Assembly (NCBI RefSeq): GCF_009914755.1
Contig: NC_060942.1
DNA length: 64,000 bases
Direction: 5' to 3' (one strand)
DNA from: the human T2T-CHM13v2.0 reference genome, Homo sapiens
This document shows positions 14,594-28,097 of the stretch, one piece after another; positions within the stretch are counted from its first letter, which is position 1, and each line of letters starts with the position of its first letter. A program made the translations under genes and the position numbers. Below the pieces are notes generated by a model. It was given only the letters and a program-made list of their open reading frames with translations, had not been told where the DNA came from and searched no databases.

Positions 14594-15024
14594 CGATATA
14601 GTTTGGATGCCTGCCCCCACCCAAATCTCATGCTGAAATATAATCCCCAGTGTTGGAGGTGGGGCCTGGTGGGAAGTGTCTGAATTATGGAGGAAGATCC
14701 CTCATGAGCGGCTTGGGCCATCCCCTTGGTGATAAGTGAGCTCTCACTCTGAGTTCACACGAGATGTGGTCATTTAAAAGTGTGTGGCACCCTCCACCCC
14801 CACTCTCTCCCTCTTGCTCCTGCTTTTGTAATGTGACATGTCTGCTCCCACTTCGCCTTCCGCCATGAGTAAAAGCTCCCTGAGGCCTCCCCAGAAGCCA
14901 CGCAGGTGCCGTCGCCATGCTTCCTGTACAGCCTGCAGAACCGTGAGCCAATATGACCTCTTTTCTTTATAAATTACTCAGTCTCTGGTATTTCCTAGTA
15001 GCAATGCAACAACAGCCTAACACA
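14594..15024 (+). mobile_element. MSTA-like MaLR solo LTR
   Basis: (t>c)gatatagtttggatg...ccaaatctcatgctgaaa...ctttataaattactcagtctc...cctaacaca; 5-bp TSD gggag/aggag. Confidence 0.92.
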
Positions 15025-17817
15025 AGGAGCTAGGTAGAGTTTCATGAATGGAGAAGTCGATCTGATTTCGATTCCAGAAAGATCACCTGGGGGCACAGAT
15101 GATGGGTTGGTGGAATGCAAGACTGAGAGAAAAATGAGCATCTTATGCAGCCAGCTATGTCTGAAAGTTCCAAGAAAGGTGGCCCTGGTGACCTCGTGGC
15201 CTGTTCTCTTTCCAGCGCTCACACCAAAGTGAGCACAGGTGTATCTGTCAGGAGGAGGAAGCCTCCCATAAACACCGTCCTCTGTTTCTACACAGCAACA
15301 TTTCCACATAAACCTCTCCATAGAGACATCCATGTCTCCAAGTAACTCTTTCCAAAGAAATAACCCTTTCTTCCCAAATGGAATGACTTTTCCAGATAAA
15401 TCTGGGCACAAAGCACAGCTGGGTGAAAATGGGCTGAAGAACAGCCTGTCTAGGTGTCACTGAGCAAGCCACGGGTCTCTGCAAATTAAACCAAGAAGAG
15501 CTTTAACAATTTTACTCAATTGACAGAGCATATGCCCACTATTTTGGGTCGTGAAACAGCTTTTGGTATTTCACTCTATTTCTGAACTAAAATATGATGA
15601 GCTAACCTGGACAAGCTCTTCTAGAGCAAGTTTTTTTTCCCATTATTTTAGGATTAGGCATAAACAGAGTCGTTAATTTACACCAAATGACTTTTACTAC
15701 TTGTTGCTCACCAAAGAAAATAATTCCACTAAGAGATCCTTCAAGCAAAAATTTTACAAAATTATGCATTATAATAATAATCATTATACAATTATGTTGG
15801 TTATTTCAGCCTATGTAGGAAAAGTAATGAAAAAATTGAATTGTGGTTATAGCCATTATTTCCTACAAGGACACAATGTGAATAGATACTGTATTTTCCC
15901 CAATAGTTTTATTCAAATGGCACAGGAATGGAATTTGTAACAATGCAGTTCTTTCTGGGTAAAGTTAAAAAAAATACATGTTTTTGCACTAAGTTTTAGA
16001 CTCTATTATGTTAGTAAAGTTAGATGAAGGAATGAATGAATAAGCCAGGGGTTCAAAGGAACAACGGTCCCAAACAAAATCACCAGAGCCTCAAAGTGCC
16101 TGCAGCCACTGGCGACGCTGGAACCCGGCTTTTGTGGTTCATGCCCCTTTCTCTTCCAGGAACATAATCTGCACCATCTACCTCCCTGTCCACCAGGCCC
16201 TCTGCTCCTGGGGCATGCAGGTACTTCCTCTGAAGCCCTCCTCCGGAAAGCCTAGGCACTGCGCAGTGAACCCCAGACCCAGGGCATCCCCTGTCACCAA
16301 AGTGCCTCTACCGGCCAGGCATCTGCTTTTTGTCTTTCTCTAGCACAATTGTGAGCTGCGTGGAGGCTGGGCCTGTGTCCGTCTCACTTACTGCTATGTC
16401 TTCAGTGTCTGGTTTAATGCTTAGCACAAAGCAGGTGCTCAAAAAAGACCTTCTTTGATATCTCTCAGACACCTTAGAAAATATTTCCCTTACTTACCTT
16501 AGATGCTCACATGGCACTTACTATGTACCTGCCACTTCTTGTTCTAATTTTTCCAAATATCAACTCAAAATTATCAGCCCCATTACGAGGGAAGCAGGTG
16601 GGGCAGGCACAGAGGGGTAAATTTGCCCACAGTTGCAAAGTTAATAAGTATTAATAGTAAAAGTAAGATTTGAAGCCAGGCATGGTGGGCTCAGTCTCCA
16701 CTAACGCTGGCTCCCATGCCACTGTACTGCTCTCTTGGAAAGATAGGGACCAGACTGCCTCCAGCGACAGAGAGTTACCTCCAAGAGGTCACCTCCAGGA
16801 GGTAAGCGACTCCACCAAGCAGGGGCCCCAATACTTGCTGGGTTCTCCTTAGACTGAAGTAAAACTGTCTCCTTCAACTTCTATCATTTTGTCCCAGTTC
16901 TGCTCTCAGGAATACCCTTGAAATTGTAAATTTTCTCTTCCACATAAAAACCATAATCTTGTAGATTTAGATGTCACACATTTATATGCCTTTACAAATG
17001 TTCTACAATTATTCAGGGTGTTTTATCCCCTCTACACTGAGATAAGCCTCCCTTTTGTTCATCATTCTGATTTAGTGAGACTTTATAATTACTAGAAGAG
17101 GATGCATACAGAAATGTGACTTTTCCAAAGTATATTGAAAGCTAATTTTCAAAATGGTTGGAAAACAGACACACTCATAGCGCCAGCTAGAGAAACATGT
17201 GCGTCCAGGAGGGCTACGTGTTTGATGCATGGGTCTGACAATCACCATCTGTGCTTTCCACAGCGGCGACCACGCCATGCAGGGATACTGCAAGGTAAAG
17301 ATGCAATCAAGGACTTACGAAATAACATGGCAGTGGGCTCCTGGGTTGATTAAATCTGAACATTCTCGCCATTGTGTGTCCCTGCATGGTGACGGTGACA
17401 GTGACGCTGGGCTCCACGTTTACTGCCCTGTGAAGCCATGCCGGGGGCCAAAGCCTGAACCATTTTTTTTTCTTATTCAACATACTACAGACTAGCTATT
17501 TTTGAAGAGTTATTTACAAGGTAGTCTTTCTGATTTATGACAATTTCATTTGTGAAAATAAGAAAATGGGAACTCTGAATCCAGCCAAGGTTATCGTGAA
17601 GGAGATGCTTTCAAGTAAGCTAGATGTGTACCTAGCTTTGCTCTTTTCTTTCTGTTTTCAGGGAAGTTTGGATGATTATTTCACCCATGCGACCAAGAAT
17701 GAGCCTTCGCACTTCTGGAGAGACAGAACTCTGCAAATAGAGCTGAGGGAATACTCAAAAGACAGATTTGGGAGTTCTAAGAACTCGTGCAGTAAAATGA
17801 CAGCAGAGGAGAAGGGG

Positions 17818-17966
17818 CAGGAAAATGTTACCCTAAGAGCATGGCTGGCAGGAAGGAGTGAGGCTGGGTCCACTGATCCCCACTACTTAGCAGGAAAATG
17901 CCACCCTACAGGGCATGGCTGGTAGGGAGAAGCCAAGCTGGGTCCATTGATCCCCGCTACTTAGCA
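17818..17966. repeat. Tandem duplication, 2 x ~73 bp
   Basis: caggaaaatg..accctA..gcatggctgg..gctgggtccaYtgatccccRctacttag occurs at 17818-17890 and 17891-17964. Confidence 0.92.
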
Positions 17967-18033
17967 ACGCTGTCTTTGTTATTTTGAGTTTTCAATTTCC
18001 ATGAAAAAAGGGCAGGAGATTTTTGTTTATTAA

Positions 18034-18547
<514 letters not shown>

Positions 18548-19078
18548 TTAAAAGGGGGTCTGGGCTAAGAAACACCGATCTGGGCCAGACGCCGGGACCA
18601 GCGTGCAGCACTCTAGCAGCTGTGGCTATGGTAGGTGCGCTCTGGGGTTCTACTCAGTGTGCTTGCTCTCTCCATCATCATCCCTAACATGAAGCTCAGA
18701 GAAGCTTTTCCGTGGGAAAAGACTGGGCCTGACCACACCATCAGTGCAGGTTATGAAGTATGTAGAAGATGCCAAGAGTGAGCACATCAAGACAATGATG
18801 TGAATCCAGAAAGCAGCAGAAAGTCAGCTGTGGACCAGTGGAGCATTGAAGGGCAGGGGACTGAGGGGCAGCAGGAGTTTCTTTATAAGGGGCAGGACTT
18901 AAGCCCTATTTAGATACTAAATTAATGAATTCCTTACATGGATCAAAGGAAATGAAGCTAAAACCACCAATATCAAAAGTAGCTCTTAATAGTTTTATTT
19001 TCCCTCCCGATCCAGTTCATTTGGGGATTTAAAAGAGAGGTGGGGAGACTAACTCAGGAGGGGTGCATTTTAGAAGCA

Positions 19079-20045
19079 CAATTGATCCTCAGTATCCATG
19101 TCATGGATTCAACCAATTGCAGGTTGAAAATACTTGGGAAAAAACTAAACAATAAAAAACATTACAATAGTAAAAACACTACAAGTAAAAAAGCAATTAA
19201 GTATTAATATAATAACTGTGTACTTTGCATTTACGCTGTGTTAGGTATAAGTAATCTAGAGATGATTTTAAGTATGTGAAAGGAAAATAAATCTCAGGTC
19301 CCCAAAATCACTAAATCAAGGGAAAAGTAAAGCTGGGAACACTCAAGCTGTGAACTATGTCAGGCAAACTCGCCTCCCATCTTATTCCTAAACAAAATAG
19401 TGACAGAGATTCAAAAGCTACACACCTTCCTCACAATTTGCCCATCAGGAAATTCCTTGTGGACAAAGGACAGACAGAACTCAAAGTCATCCCAGTGGGC
19501 CTCACTGACAAATGCATGAGACAAATGCATATCTGATTGCTTCCTCAGCCCTGTGGTTTCACTGAACCAGAACAAGGCATAAGTGACTATCCCTCTACCT
19601 TCCTCTCACATGTAAATTGTGTATTTCAAGAAAAGCTAATCAGAGACTCAAAAGAATGCAACCATTTGTCTCTTATCTAGCTGGAAGCCCCCTCCCCCAC
19701 CTTGAGTTGTCCCACCTTTCCAGACGGAACCAATGTAAATCTTACACATACTGATTGATGTCTCATGTCTCCTAAAATGTATAAAGCCAAGCTGTGCCCT
19801 GATCACCTTGGGCACATGTCCTCAGGACCTCCTGAGGCTGTGTCACCAACGCGTCCTTAACCTTGGCAAAATAAACTTTCTAAATTGGTTGAGACCTGTC
19901 TCAGATATTTTGAGTTCACAAGTATAATGGTGGATGTTTGTGGGTTATATGTAAGTATTACTCCACCTTATATCAGGGACTCGAGTAGCTGCTTTTGGTA
20001 TCCATGGGGGTCCTGGAACCAATCCCCCAGGGATATCAGGGGATA
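19079..20045 (-). mobile_element. MER2/MER2B TcMar-Tigger element, split by an LTR insertion
   Basis: Left part ...ttaggtataagtaatctagagatgattttaagta continues after 19920 as agtataatggtggatg...ggtcctggaaccaatccccc. Confidence 0.85.
19275..19920 (+). mobile_element. MER4A-like ERV1 solo LTR
   Basis: TG...CA ends (tgtgaaaggaaaataaatctc...gagttcaca), aataaa near the 3' end, and an exact 4-bp TSD agta (19271-74 / 19921-24). Confidence 0.88.
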
Positions 20046-20899
20046 TAAGAGCCACAGAGATTTTTCCTTAGTTGTGTTTTCTTTCCAAAAGTTAAAATAA
20101 AGAATTTAGCCTCTACCTACAACAAACCAAACTAAAACCATAGATACAAAACAGCAGCAGCGTGGTTTTTCATGGTGCTTCCTCCCTCAGGGACACCCTG
20201 GCTCCAAATCTCAGCCCTGCCTGATCCTTCCTGCCCCAAACTCTCATCCATTAGGTGGCCAGGTATGGCCGATGCTGCATCCTAAATACTTGCTACTGTC
20301 AAATGAAAGGCAAGAAAAGAGGCACTTCATCTGAAAGAATTACTGCAAAGGTGTAACAAACTGCTGCCATAGCGGGAGGGGGACTAGGAACAGGGAGAAG
20401 CCCCCTCCCCTGCGCTGCGTCTGCAGAGGCTCTGTGGCTAGATGGGAGAAAACAAGGCTATAAAGGAGAGGCCTGGTGGAAGAAGCCTGGTCTGTTAGCC
20501 TCAGAGAATGTTTCGCCTGAGGACAACCTATTTTCCTGGAGGGGCCCTTCAGGAAGGCTGTCTGCTTGCTCAGGCTGAGGGTGGGCCTGGGGGAAGGAAA
20601 GTCACTTAACCAAAGGGTGGTTAACAAGTACTTTGTCCCCATTTGGCAAAAGAGGTCAGCTAATCATTTATGAGGCAAAGAAAGGGCATTTGGAAGGACT
20701 GTGTCTGGCCTTGTCTGAGGCAGTCAAGGGGTGATCCACCAGACTTCTCTAAGTCACATGGGGAAGGGGCGTTCTTTGCAATCAGTCATTTTCCAGGACA
20801 CAAAGGTTGGGGTGATTACTCAACCTTTGCTGTTTTCCAGGATCCCTAAGGGTCAGGTAAAAGTCAACATTGTCTGTTCCTGTCCCCTCCTTTCTGTCC

Positions 20900-21595
20900 T
20901 CACTGTCAGCAGCCTGGCCAGCTGCCACTTGCAGTCACCTGGGATAGTCTCTGCCTTCAGGCTCCTCTATTCCAAGTCTCCTCCAACCTGCCCTCAGAAT
21001 TTTTCTCTGCCATAAATCTAACTAAGTTATTCTCCTCAAAATCAAGACAAAATGAAATGACAAACAAACCAGATACTCAGTTAAGATGATTCCTGAACTT
21101 TCTCTCATTAAGCAGAGGATGAAGGAACACTCTTTAGCATGGTGTCCAAGACACCTGACTCACAGTCCCACCTACTGCCTCACCACAAGTTTCTTTCTGT
21201 CTCAGATGTGTCTCTGGTGTAGTGCAGCCAGATAGCCACAGAGCCTTGAGGATGCTGTCCTAGTTCTCTGCTTTTGATTATCAAATCTGCCTAGCAGAAA
21301 CATTTTTCTCATATTTATATTTATTGAAATTCCACCCACTATTTATGGCCTAGTTCAGATGCTATCTTCTCCTGAAAATGTCTGATTCCCACAAAGAGAA
21401 TCAATTGGTTTCCCTCTTCCAAATGTCTTGGTTTGAGGTTGCAAAGCAGCACTTACCCTATGCTACCCTGTAACTGTAATAGCTGTTTCCACCTTTATGC
21501 CCCCACCAAGGAAGGGCTCACTCTTTCTTCTGAGCACGCCCTACCTTCCTCAGAGTGTGCTGTGCTTCATAAAAATGTGTTGAATGGAATGAAAG
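20900..21595 (+). mobile_element. L2 fragments
   Basis: Degenerate L2 body ending gtgcttcataaaaatgtgttgaatggaatgaa. Confidence 0.55.
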
Positions 21596-21639
21596 AAAAG
21601 AACATGTTTTTCTATTAAAGTCATTTTAAACATGCTAAT

Positions 21640-22924
21640 CAGCAAGGAATATGGCTGTGAGCATTTCTCCTCATCCTCCTAGAATCATACAAAAACAAAC
21701 AACAAAGAAAATAAAGGAAACACCATAAATTCCATTTTCAGTGAAACTAGAAGGCAGATAAATTCCCTAGATTCAATATATCTGTAAAAAGGGCCAGAAG
21801 CAACTGTGATTGGCTAGAAGATATGCAGGGGAAGGGAAGAAAAGAAGGGCTGAGTGGTGGCCGATCTCCTGGGTGGCCACTGCCAGAATGCAAAGGCACA
21901 TTCCTTGCTTGTACAAATGGGGACAGGACCTTGGGTGAGCAGGGTTGGTATAAAAGAAGCCCTACTGGACTTAGTTTTGTTCAAGGAGTTAGAGTTTTCA
22001 GGGCTACACAGAGAATAGTCCAGAGGAGCCATGTTTGCAGGAAGCACTCTGTCTCAGTGTCAGGCAAGAGAGAGAAACCTTTTAGTTGGAAAGCCTAGCC
22101 CTCATTTCCTGTCAATATAGATGTGTGTGAATAGTTAGTTCAGGAAAATTGAACTCATTAAGTAATGAGTGAGCTCAGAAAAAAGAAAGAAGAAAAAGAA
22201 AAAAAAATGATATGGTGTTGTTATAAAGATGCCATGAGAAAAATGTGAATGAGACCAGTAAAATCTATTAAATTTTTAAAATGTATCCATAAAAATATTG
22301 CCACTGAGGAGATGAAAGAGTGATCAGACATTCTGACATGTTTGGAAACACAAAATAAAGCTTAGTGAGGCAATTATCTCTAGGAAGGAAGAAAATAAAG
22401 TAGAAATGTGACAATTCGAGGAAGAGACAGCAAGTCAATAAAAGGCAATGCAGAACTCCAGAAAGAAGTAGAGGAGAAAAATAAAACCATTACAGGAATA
22501 GAGATGGAACTCGAAGGAGCAGAAAGGGAGAATGGACCTTGCATAACCCGGAGTCAGGATTATACTCATAAAAGATAAAAATGAGAAAGTCAAGCAAAAT
22601 GAAATTTAAATTTAAAAAGAACTTAAAAAACATTAGAGAAGGTGATTCAACACATACATAATTAGTGTGTCTGAGGAAAAATCAAAACAATGCAACAGAG
22701 CAAATATTTAAATATATAATAAAAACAACCCTTTCCTAAATCTATATATGTGAATGTACTTGAATCTATATATCATAAGGGCATACCATGTGCCACATTC
22801 AGTGAATTGGAATGCAATAACAAGACCTATCTTAGTAAAGTTTTTGGAGCTTAAAGATAAACACTCATTACAGCATCCAGTCAAGCATCACATATTGTCT
22901 CAAAACTTTCAAAAACAAAGGACA
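21640..22924 (+). mobile_element. HAL1-like old LINE (ORF1-related), 5' part
   Basis: ...cttgaatctatatatcataagggcatacc...gacctatcttagtaaagtttttggagcttaaagataaa...gcatccag; the element continues at 28098. Confidence 0.6.
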
Positions 22925-25106
22925 GGAGTGATGTTAGGGAAGATGGTGGGTAGGAAGTGCCAGGAATCTGTCTCTCTGCCTAGACAACAATTGCACTGGC
23001 AGAATCTGACTGATAGAACTATTTTGGATCTCTGGAGTCTTGCAGCTTCCGGAGGTCAGCTTAGATGGTGGTAAATCATGGCTAATTTTGGTCAATTTCA
23101 GCTCTTAGAACAGTAGCAACTACTCACTTCCCATCCTCCAGCCCTGTGGCAGGCAGCTGTGCCAACAATCTGGGTGCAACTTGCATGTGGCTTTCAAGAA
23201 CCAGGGTGGGCAATAAGTACCTTGTCCTCCAAATATTGAGGATCTGTGTCCTCATAACTGACTATGAAGGTGCAGGCCAGAGGCCTTTATAGCAATCCCC
23301 ATTGCCTAAAGTGACTTCCAGGGTATGTGAAGATAATTGCCTTAAAAAAATTTCCCTCCAGTTTTCCCCTTCTGGGGAGCCAAACATTTAAGGATTAGCA
23401 CATTTAAAAGCAATAACATATACAAGGGAATTTAGTAAGTCACCATGCACGACCAAGGAAAGCAGTGGGCTCAGAAATGACCTGAGAAGACCTTAAGTTT
23501 ACACCTCATGCTGATGTCTGGCATGGAGCTACCATAAAACAATTAAAAAACCCCAAACAAACAAAAACCAAAATCAGAAGCAGCAAACCCTGGGGAAGGC
23601 GGGGAATCTGATTAATAGAGATACTATATTATGAGATTCAAATGGTCAGTTTCAACAACAAAAAAATACGTGGTATATGAAAACAGGAAAGTATGACCCA
23701 CTCAAAGGAAAAAAATCAACAGAAAAATAACTAGAATGAAAAATTCACTAGAGGGATACTAAAGCAGATTTGAGTAGAAGTAAGAATTAGTGAATTTGAA
23801 GATAAGACAATTGAAATTGAGTATGAGGAATATAAAGCAGTAAGATTAAAGAAAAGTGAAGAGTCTAAGGGATCTGTAGGACAGCATAAGCAGACCAATA
23901 TACACATTGCAGGAGTTTCTGAAGGAAAAAAGAGAGGGAGCAAAGAGCACAGAGACAATTTGGAGAAACAATGGCTAAAAGCTTCCCAAATTTAAGGAAA
24001 GTCACAGATTTACAAATCTAAGATGCTCAACAAACTCCAAGTAAAGTAAACCTCAAGAAGACCCACAATGAGACATACTATAATCGAACTTTCAAAAGCC
24101 AAATACAAAGAAGGAATCCTGAAAGCACCAGAACAAAAGTGACTCATCATTACAGGAATCTTCAAGAAAGTTATCGAAGAATTTCTTAGCCAAAACTTTG
24201 CTGGCCAGAATGCAGTAGAATGATATACTTAAAGTGCTGAAAGAAAAAAATAAAATCATCAACCTAGAATTCTATATAAGCCAAACTCTCTTGCAAAATT
24301 TGAGAGAAACTTAGTAATTTCCAGACAAACAAAAGTTGAAGGCATTCATTTTCAGTAGACCTGCCTTGTAAGAAATGCTAAAGGGAGTCCTTCAAGTTGA
24401 AATGAAGGACTCTAGACACTAATTTGAAGGCATATGAGAATATAAAGTTCTCTGGTAAACAAAAATACATAGACAAATATTTAAAAAACAGTATTACTGT
24501 AATTTTGGTTCGTCACTTTGCTTCTTATTTTCTACATCATTTAAAAGACTAATGCATAAAAACAATTATTAGCCTATGTTTTTGGACACGTAAAACATAA
24601 AGATGTAATTTGTGATACAAGTAACTGAAAAGTAGTGAGAATGGAGCTATATAGGAGCGGAATTTTTGTATGCTATTGAAATTAAACGGGTAGAAATTCA
24701 AATTAAAGAGCTACAATTTTAGGGTGTTAAGTGTATAATGTACATGGTCATCACAAAGAAAATAAGTACAGAGTATATACAAAAAGAACTGAAAAAGGAA
24801 TTTCAAATTGTCACAACAAAAATTCACTAAACACAAAAGAATACAATAATGTAGAAAATGAAGGCTAGAAATCCTATATGGTATATAGAAAACAAACAGT
24901 AAAATGGAGGCAGTAAGTCCCTCCTTCTTAGCAATTACTTTAAATGTAAATGAACTAAACTCTCTAATCAAAAAACAAAGATTGGCAGAGTGGATAAAAA
25001 CCATAAGCCACTTATATTCTATCTATAAGATACTCATACTCATCTTAGATCCAAAGACACAAACAGTTTGAAAGGGAAAAGATGTAAAAGGATATTCCAT
25101 GCAAAA

Positions 25107-25257
25107 AGTATCTCTATTTATAGAGATACTATATAAAATATAGTATCTCTATTTATAGAGATACTATATAAAATATAGTATCTCTATTTATAGAGATACT
25201 ATATAAAATATAGTATCTCTATTTATAGAGATACTATATAAAATATAGTATCTCTAT
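25107..25257. repeat. Perfect 35-bp palindromic AT-rich minisatellite, 4.3 copies
   Basis: Unit AGTATCTCTATTTATAGAGATACTATATAAAATAT starts at 25107, 25142, 25177, 25212 and (partial) 25247. Confidence 0.98.
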
Positions 25258-27045
25258 AAAAAAGGATATTCCATACACAAACAGTAACCAAAGAAGAATG
25301 GGGCACTTATATTACTATCAGACAAAATAAGCTTTAAATAAAAAAGGTTACAAGAGAAACAGAAGGGTGTGATATATTAATAAAAGGTAAAATACAACAG
25401 GAAGATATAACAATTATAAACATACATCTAATAAAGGACTCTCAGAATACAGGACACAAAAATGAACATAACTGAAAAGATAAATAGACTATTCTCAAAT
25501 AATGACTTGTGACTTCAATACTTCACTCTCAATAATGGATAGATCAACCAAATAGAAGATAAGTAAATAAACAGAGGACTTGTATGACACAATAAACCAA
25601 TGAGAGCTAACAGGCATAAACAGGACACTTTAACCAGCAGGATATATATTATTCTCAATTGCACATGAGGCATTCTCCAGGATAGACTATATATTAAGCC
25701 ACAAATCATGTTTCAATAGATTGAAAAAGATGGATATCATATAATGTATCTCCTCTGACCACAATTAGGTGAAATTAAAAGTCAATAACAGAAGAAAAAC
25801 TGGAGATTAAACAACACATTTTTAAATAATCAATGGGTCAAAGAGGAAATCACAAAGGAAATCAGAAATATTGAGAGACAAATTTACATAAAAACACCTC
25901 ATAACTTATGTGATGAAGCATAAACAATGATAAGAGGCAGATTTATAGCTGTAAATGCTTACATTAGAAAAGAAGAAAGATTTTAAGCCAACAACCTGAC
26001 TTTATACCTGAAGGACCCAGAAAAAGAAAAACAAATTAAACCCAAAGCTTCCAGAATGAAGAGAATTAAAGATTATAGTGGAGAAAATAAAATAAAATAA
26101 GAGGAGAAAAATAAAAGAGAAAATTAATGAAACCAAGAGTTGATTTTTCAAAAACAATTAGCAAAGTTGGCAAAACTTTAGCTAGATTGACTAAGAAAAA
26201 AAACGAATACTCAAATTACTAAAATCACAAATGAAAGTGAGGATATTCATACTGATTCTATAGAAATGAAAAGGATTATAAGAGAGTAGTGTGAACGACT
26301 GTCTGCCAACAAGTTGGATAACACAGATGATATGGACAAATTCTCAGAAACACAAAACCCACCATGACTTACTCATAAAGAAACAGAAAATCTGAATGGA
26401 CCTATAACTAGTTAGGAGATTGAGTCAGTAATCAACACCCCCTTGTTAAAGATAAGCCCTGGACGAGACTGCTTCACTGGTGAATTTTACCAAATATTTA
26501 AAGAACTATCATCAATTTTTCTCAAACTTTTACAGAAAACTGAAGAGGGGGAACACTTTCTAACTCATAGAAAGGCATTCAAATAGAAAAGGAAGAAGGA
26601 GAATTATCTCTCTTCACAGATGACATGATCTTACATGTAGAAAACCGAAGAAATCCTAACATGTCCACTGATAGATGAACAGATAAATTATGTCATATAT
26701 ATCCAACGGGATATTATTTACCTTTAAAAAGGAATGAAATTCCAATATGTACTTCAACATGGGTGAACCTTGAAGACATGACATTAAGTGAACACAAAAG
26801 GACAAATATTGTATGATTCTGTTTATATGAGATAGTGAGAGTAGTCAAATTCATAGAGACAGAGAGTAGAACAGTGGTTACCAGGGCCTGCAGGGAGCGG
26901 CAATGGGGAATTATTGTTTAACGGGTGAAGAGTTTCAGTTTCAGGTGATGACTAACTTCTGGAGATGGATGGTGATGCTGGTCTCACAACAACAAAAATA
27001 TTCTTAATGCCACCAAAGTGTACACATAAAAATGGTTAAGATGAT

Positions 27046-27047
<2 letters not shown>

Positions 27048-27092
<45 letters not shown>

Positions 27093-28044
27093 GTTCAGGA
27101 GTACGTGTGTGGGTTTGTCAGCTGGGCACAATGGCTCACACCCGTAATCCTAGCACTTTGGAAGGCTGAGGTGGGTGGATAACTTGAAGTCAGGGGTTTG
27201 ACACCAGCCTGGCCAACATGGTGAAACCCCATCTCTACTAAAAATACAAAAATTAGCCAGGTATTGTGGCTTGTGCCTGTGTAGTCCCAGCTACTCAGGA
27301 AGCTGAAGCAGGAGAATTGCTTGAACCCGGGAGGCAGAGGTTGCAGTGAGCTGAGATCACACCACTGTACTCCAGCCTGGGCGACACAGTGAGACACTGT
27401 CTCAAAAACACACAAAAAACAAACACAACAAAAAGGAGCACATGTACGGGTTTGTTATATAGGTAAATTGCATGTCATGAGGGTTTGGGGTACAGATTAT
27501 TTCACCACCCAGATAATAAACATAGTACCTGATAAGTAGTTTTTAGATCTTCTCTCTCCTCCTATCTCCACCCTTAAGTAGGCCCTGCTGTCTGTGGTTC
27601 TCTTCCTTGTGTCCATATGAACTCGATGTTTAGCTCCCACTAATAAGTGAGAACATGTGGTATTTGGTTTTCTGTTCCTGTGTTAGTTCACTTAAGATAA
27701 TGGTGTCCCGCTTCATCTATGTTTCTGCAAAGGACGTGACTTCTTTTTTTTTACGGCCATGTAGTATTCCATGGTGTATATGTACCACATCGTCTTTATC
27801 CAGTCTACTGTTGATGGGCATTTAGGTTGATTCCACATTTTCGTTATTGTGAATAGTGCTGTGATGAACATATGCATGCATGTATCTTGATGGTAGAAAA
27901 ATTTATGTTCCTTTGGGTATATACCTGAAAATGGGATTGCTGGGTTGAAAAGTAATTATGTTTTAAGCTCTTTCAGAAATCGCCACACTGCTTTCCACAA
28001 TGGCTGAACTAATTTACATTCCCACTAGCAGTGTATAAGCATTT
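27048..28044 (-). mobile_element. L1PA15/16-like 3' fragment inserted in the L1MB 3'UTR, itself split by an Alu
   Basis: T38 tail, then ttacttttagttcagg...ataggtaaattgcatgtcatgagggtttggggtacagattatttc...; degenerate TSD agatgataatttt/aaatggtaaatttt. Confidence 0.85.
27119..27434 (+). mobile_element. AluS (Sx/Sz-like)
   Basis: Full dimer with A/C-rich tail; ~21-bp TSD ggagtacgtgtgtgggtttgt / ggagcacatgtacgggtttgt. Confidence 0.95.
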
Positions 28045-28097
28045 GAAATGGTAAATTTTATATTGTGTATATTTTACCATAATTTAAAAAAAAAAAA

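Larger units (their letters stand above)
22925..28092 (+). mobile_element. Old L1MB-type (L1MB3-like 3' end) element: 5'UTR, ORF1, EN region, internally deleted RT/C-terminus
   Basis: 5'UTR aagatggtgggtaggaag...ttgcactggcagaatctg; ORF1 remnants 23720-24420; ORF2 EN from ~24904; short FTDDM RT patch 26575-26655; 3'UTR 26660-27047 plus 28046-28092; TSD aaaaacaaaggaca/aaaaacagaagaca. Confidence 0.88.

Noticed and set aside
25107-25257. CRISPR-like appearance (35-bp palindromic repeats)
   Set aside because: The units are contiguous and identical with no unique spacers, and there are no cas genes. The context is primate DNA, so it is a minisatellite.
26560-26670. Internal L1MB deletions as spliced-L1 (SpIRE) junctions
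   Set aside because: The junctions show 1-2 bp microhomology rather than GT...AG boundaries.
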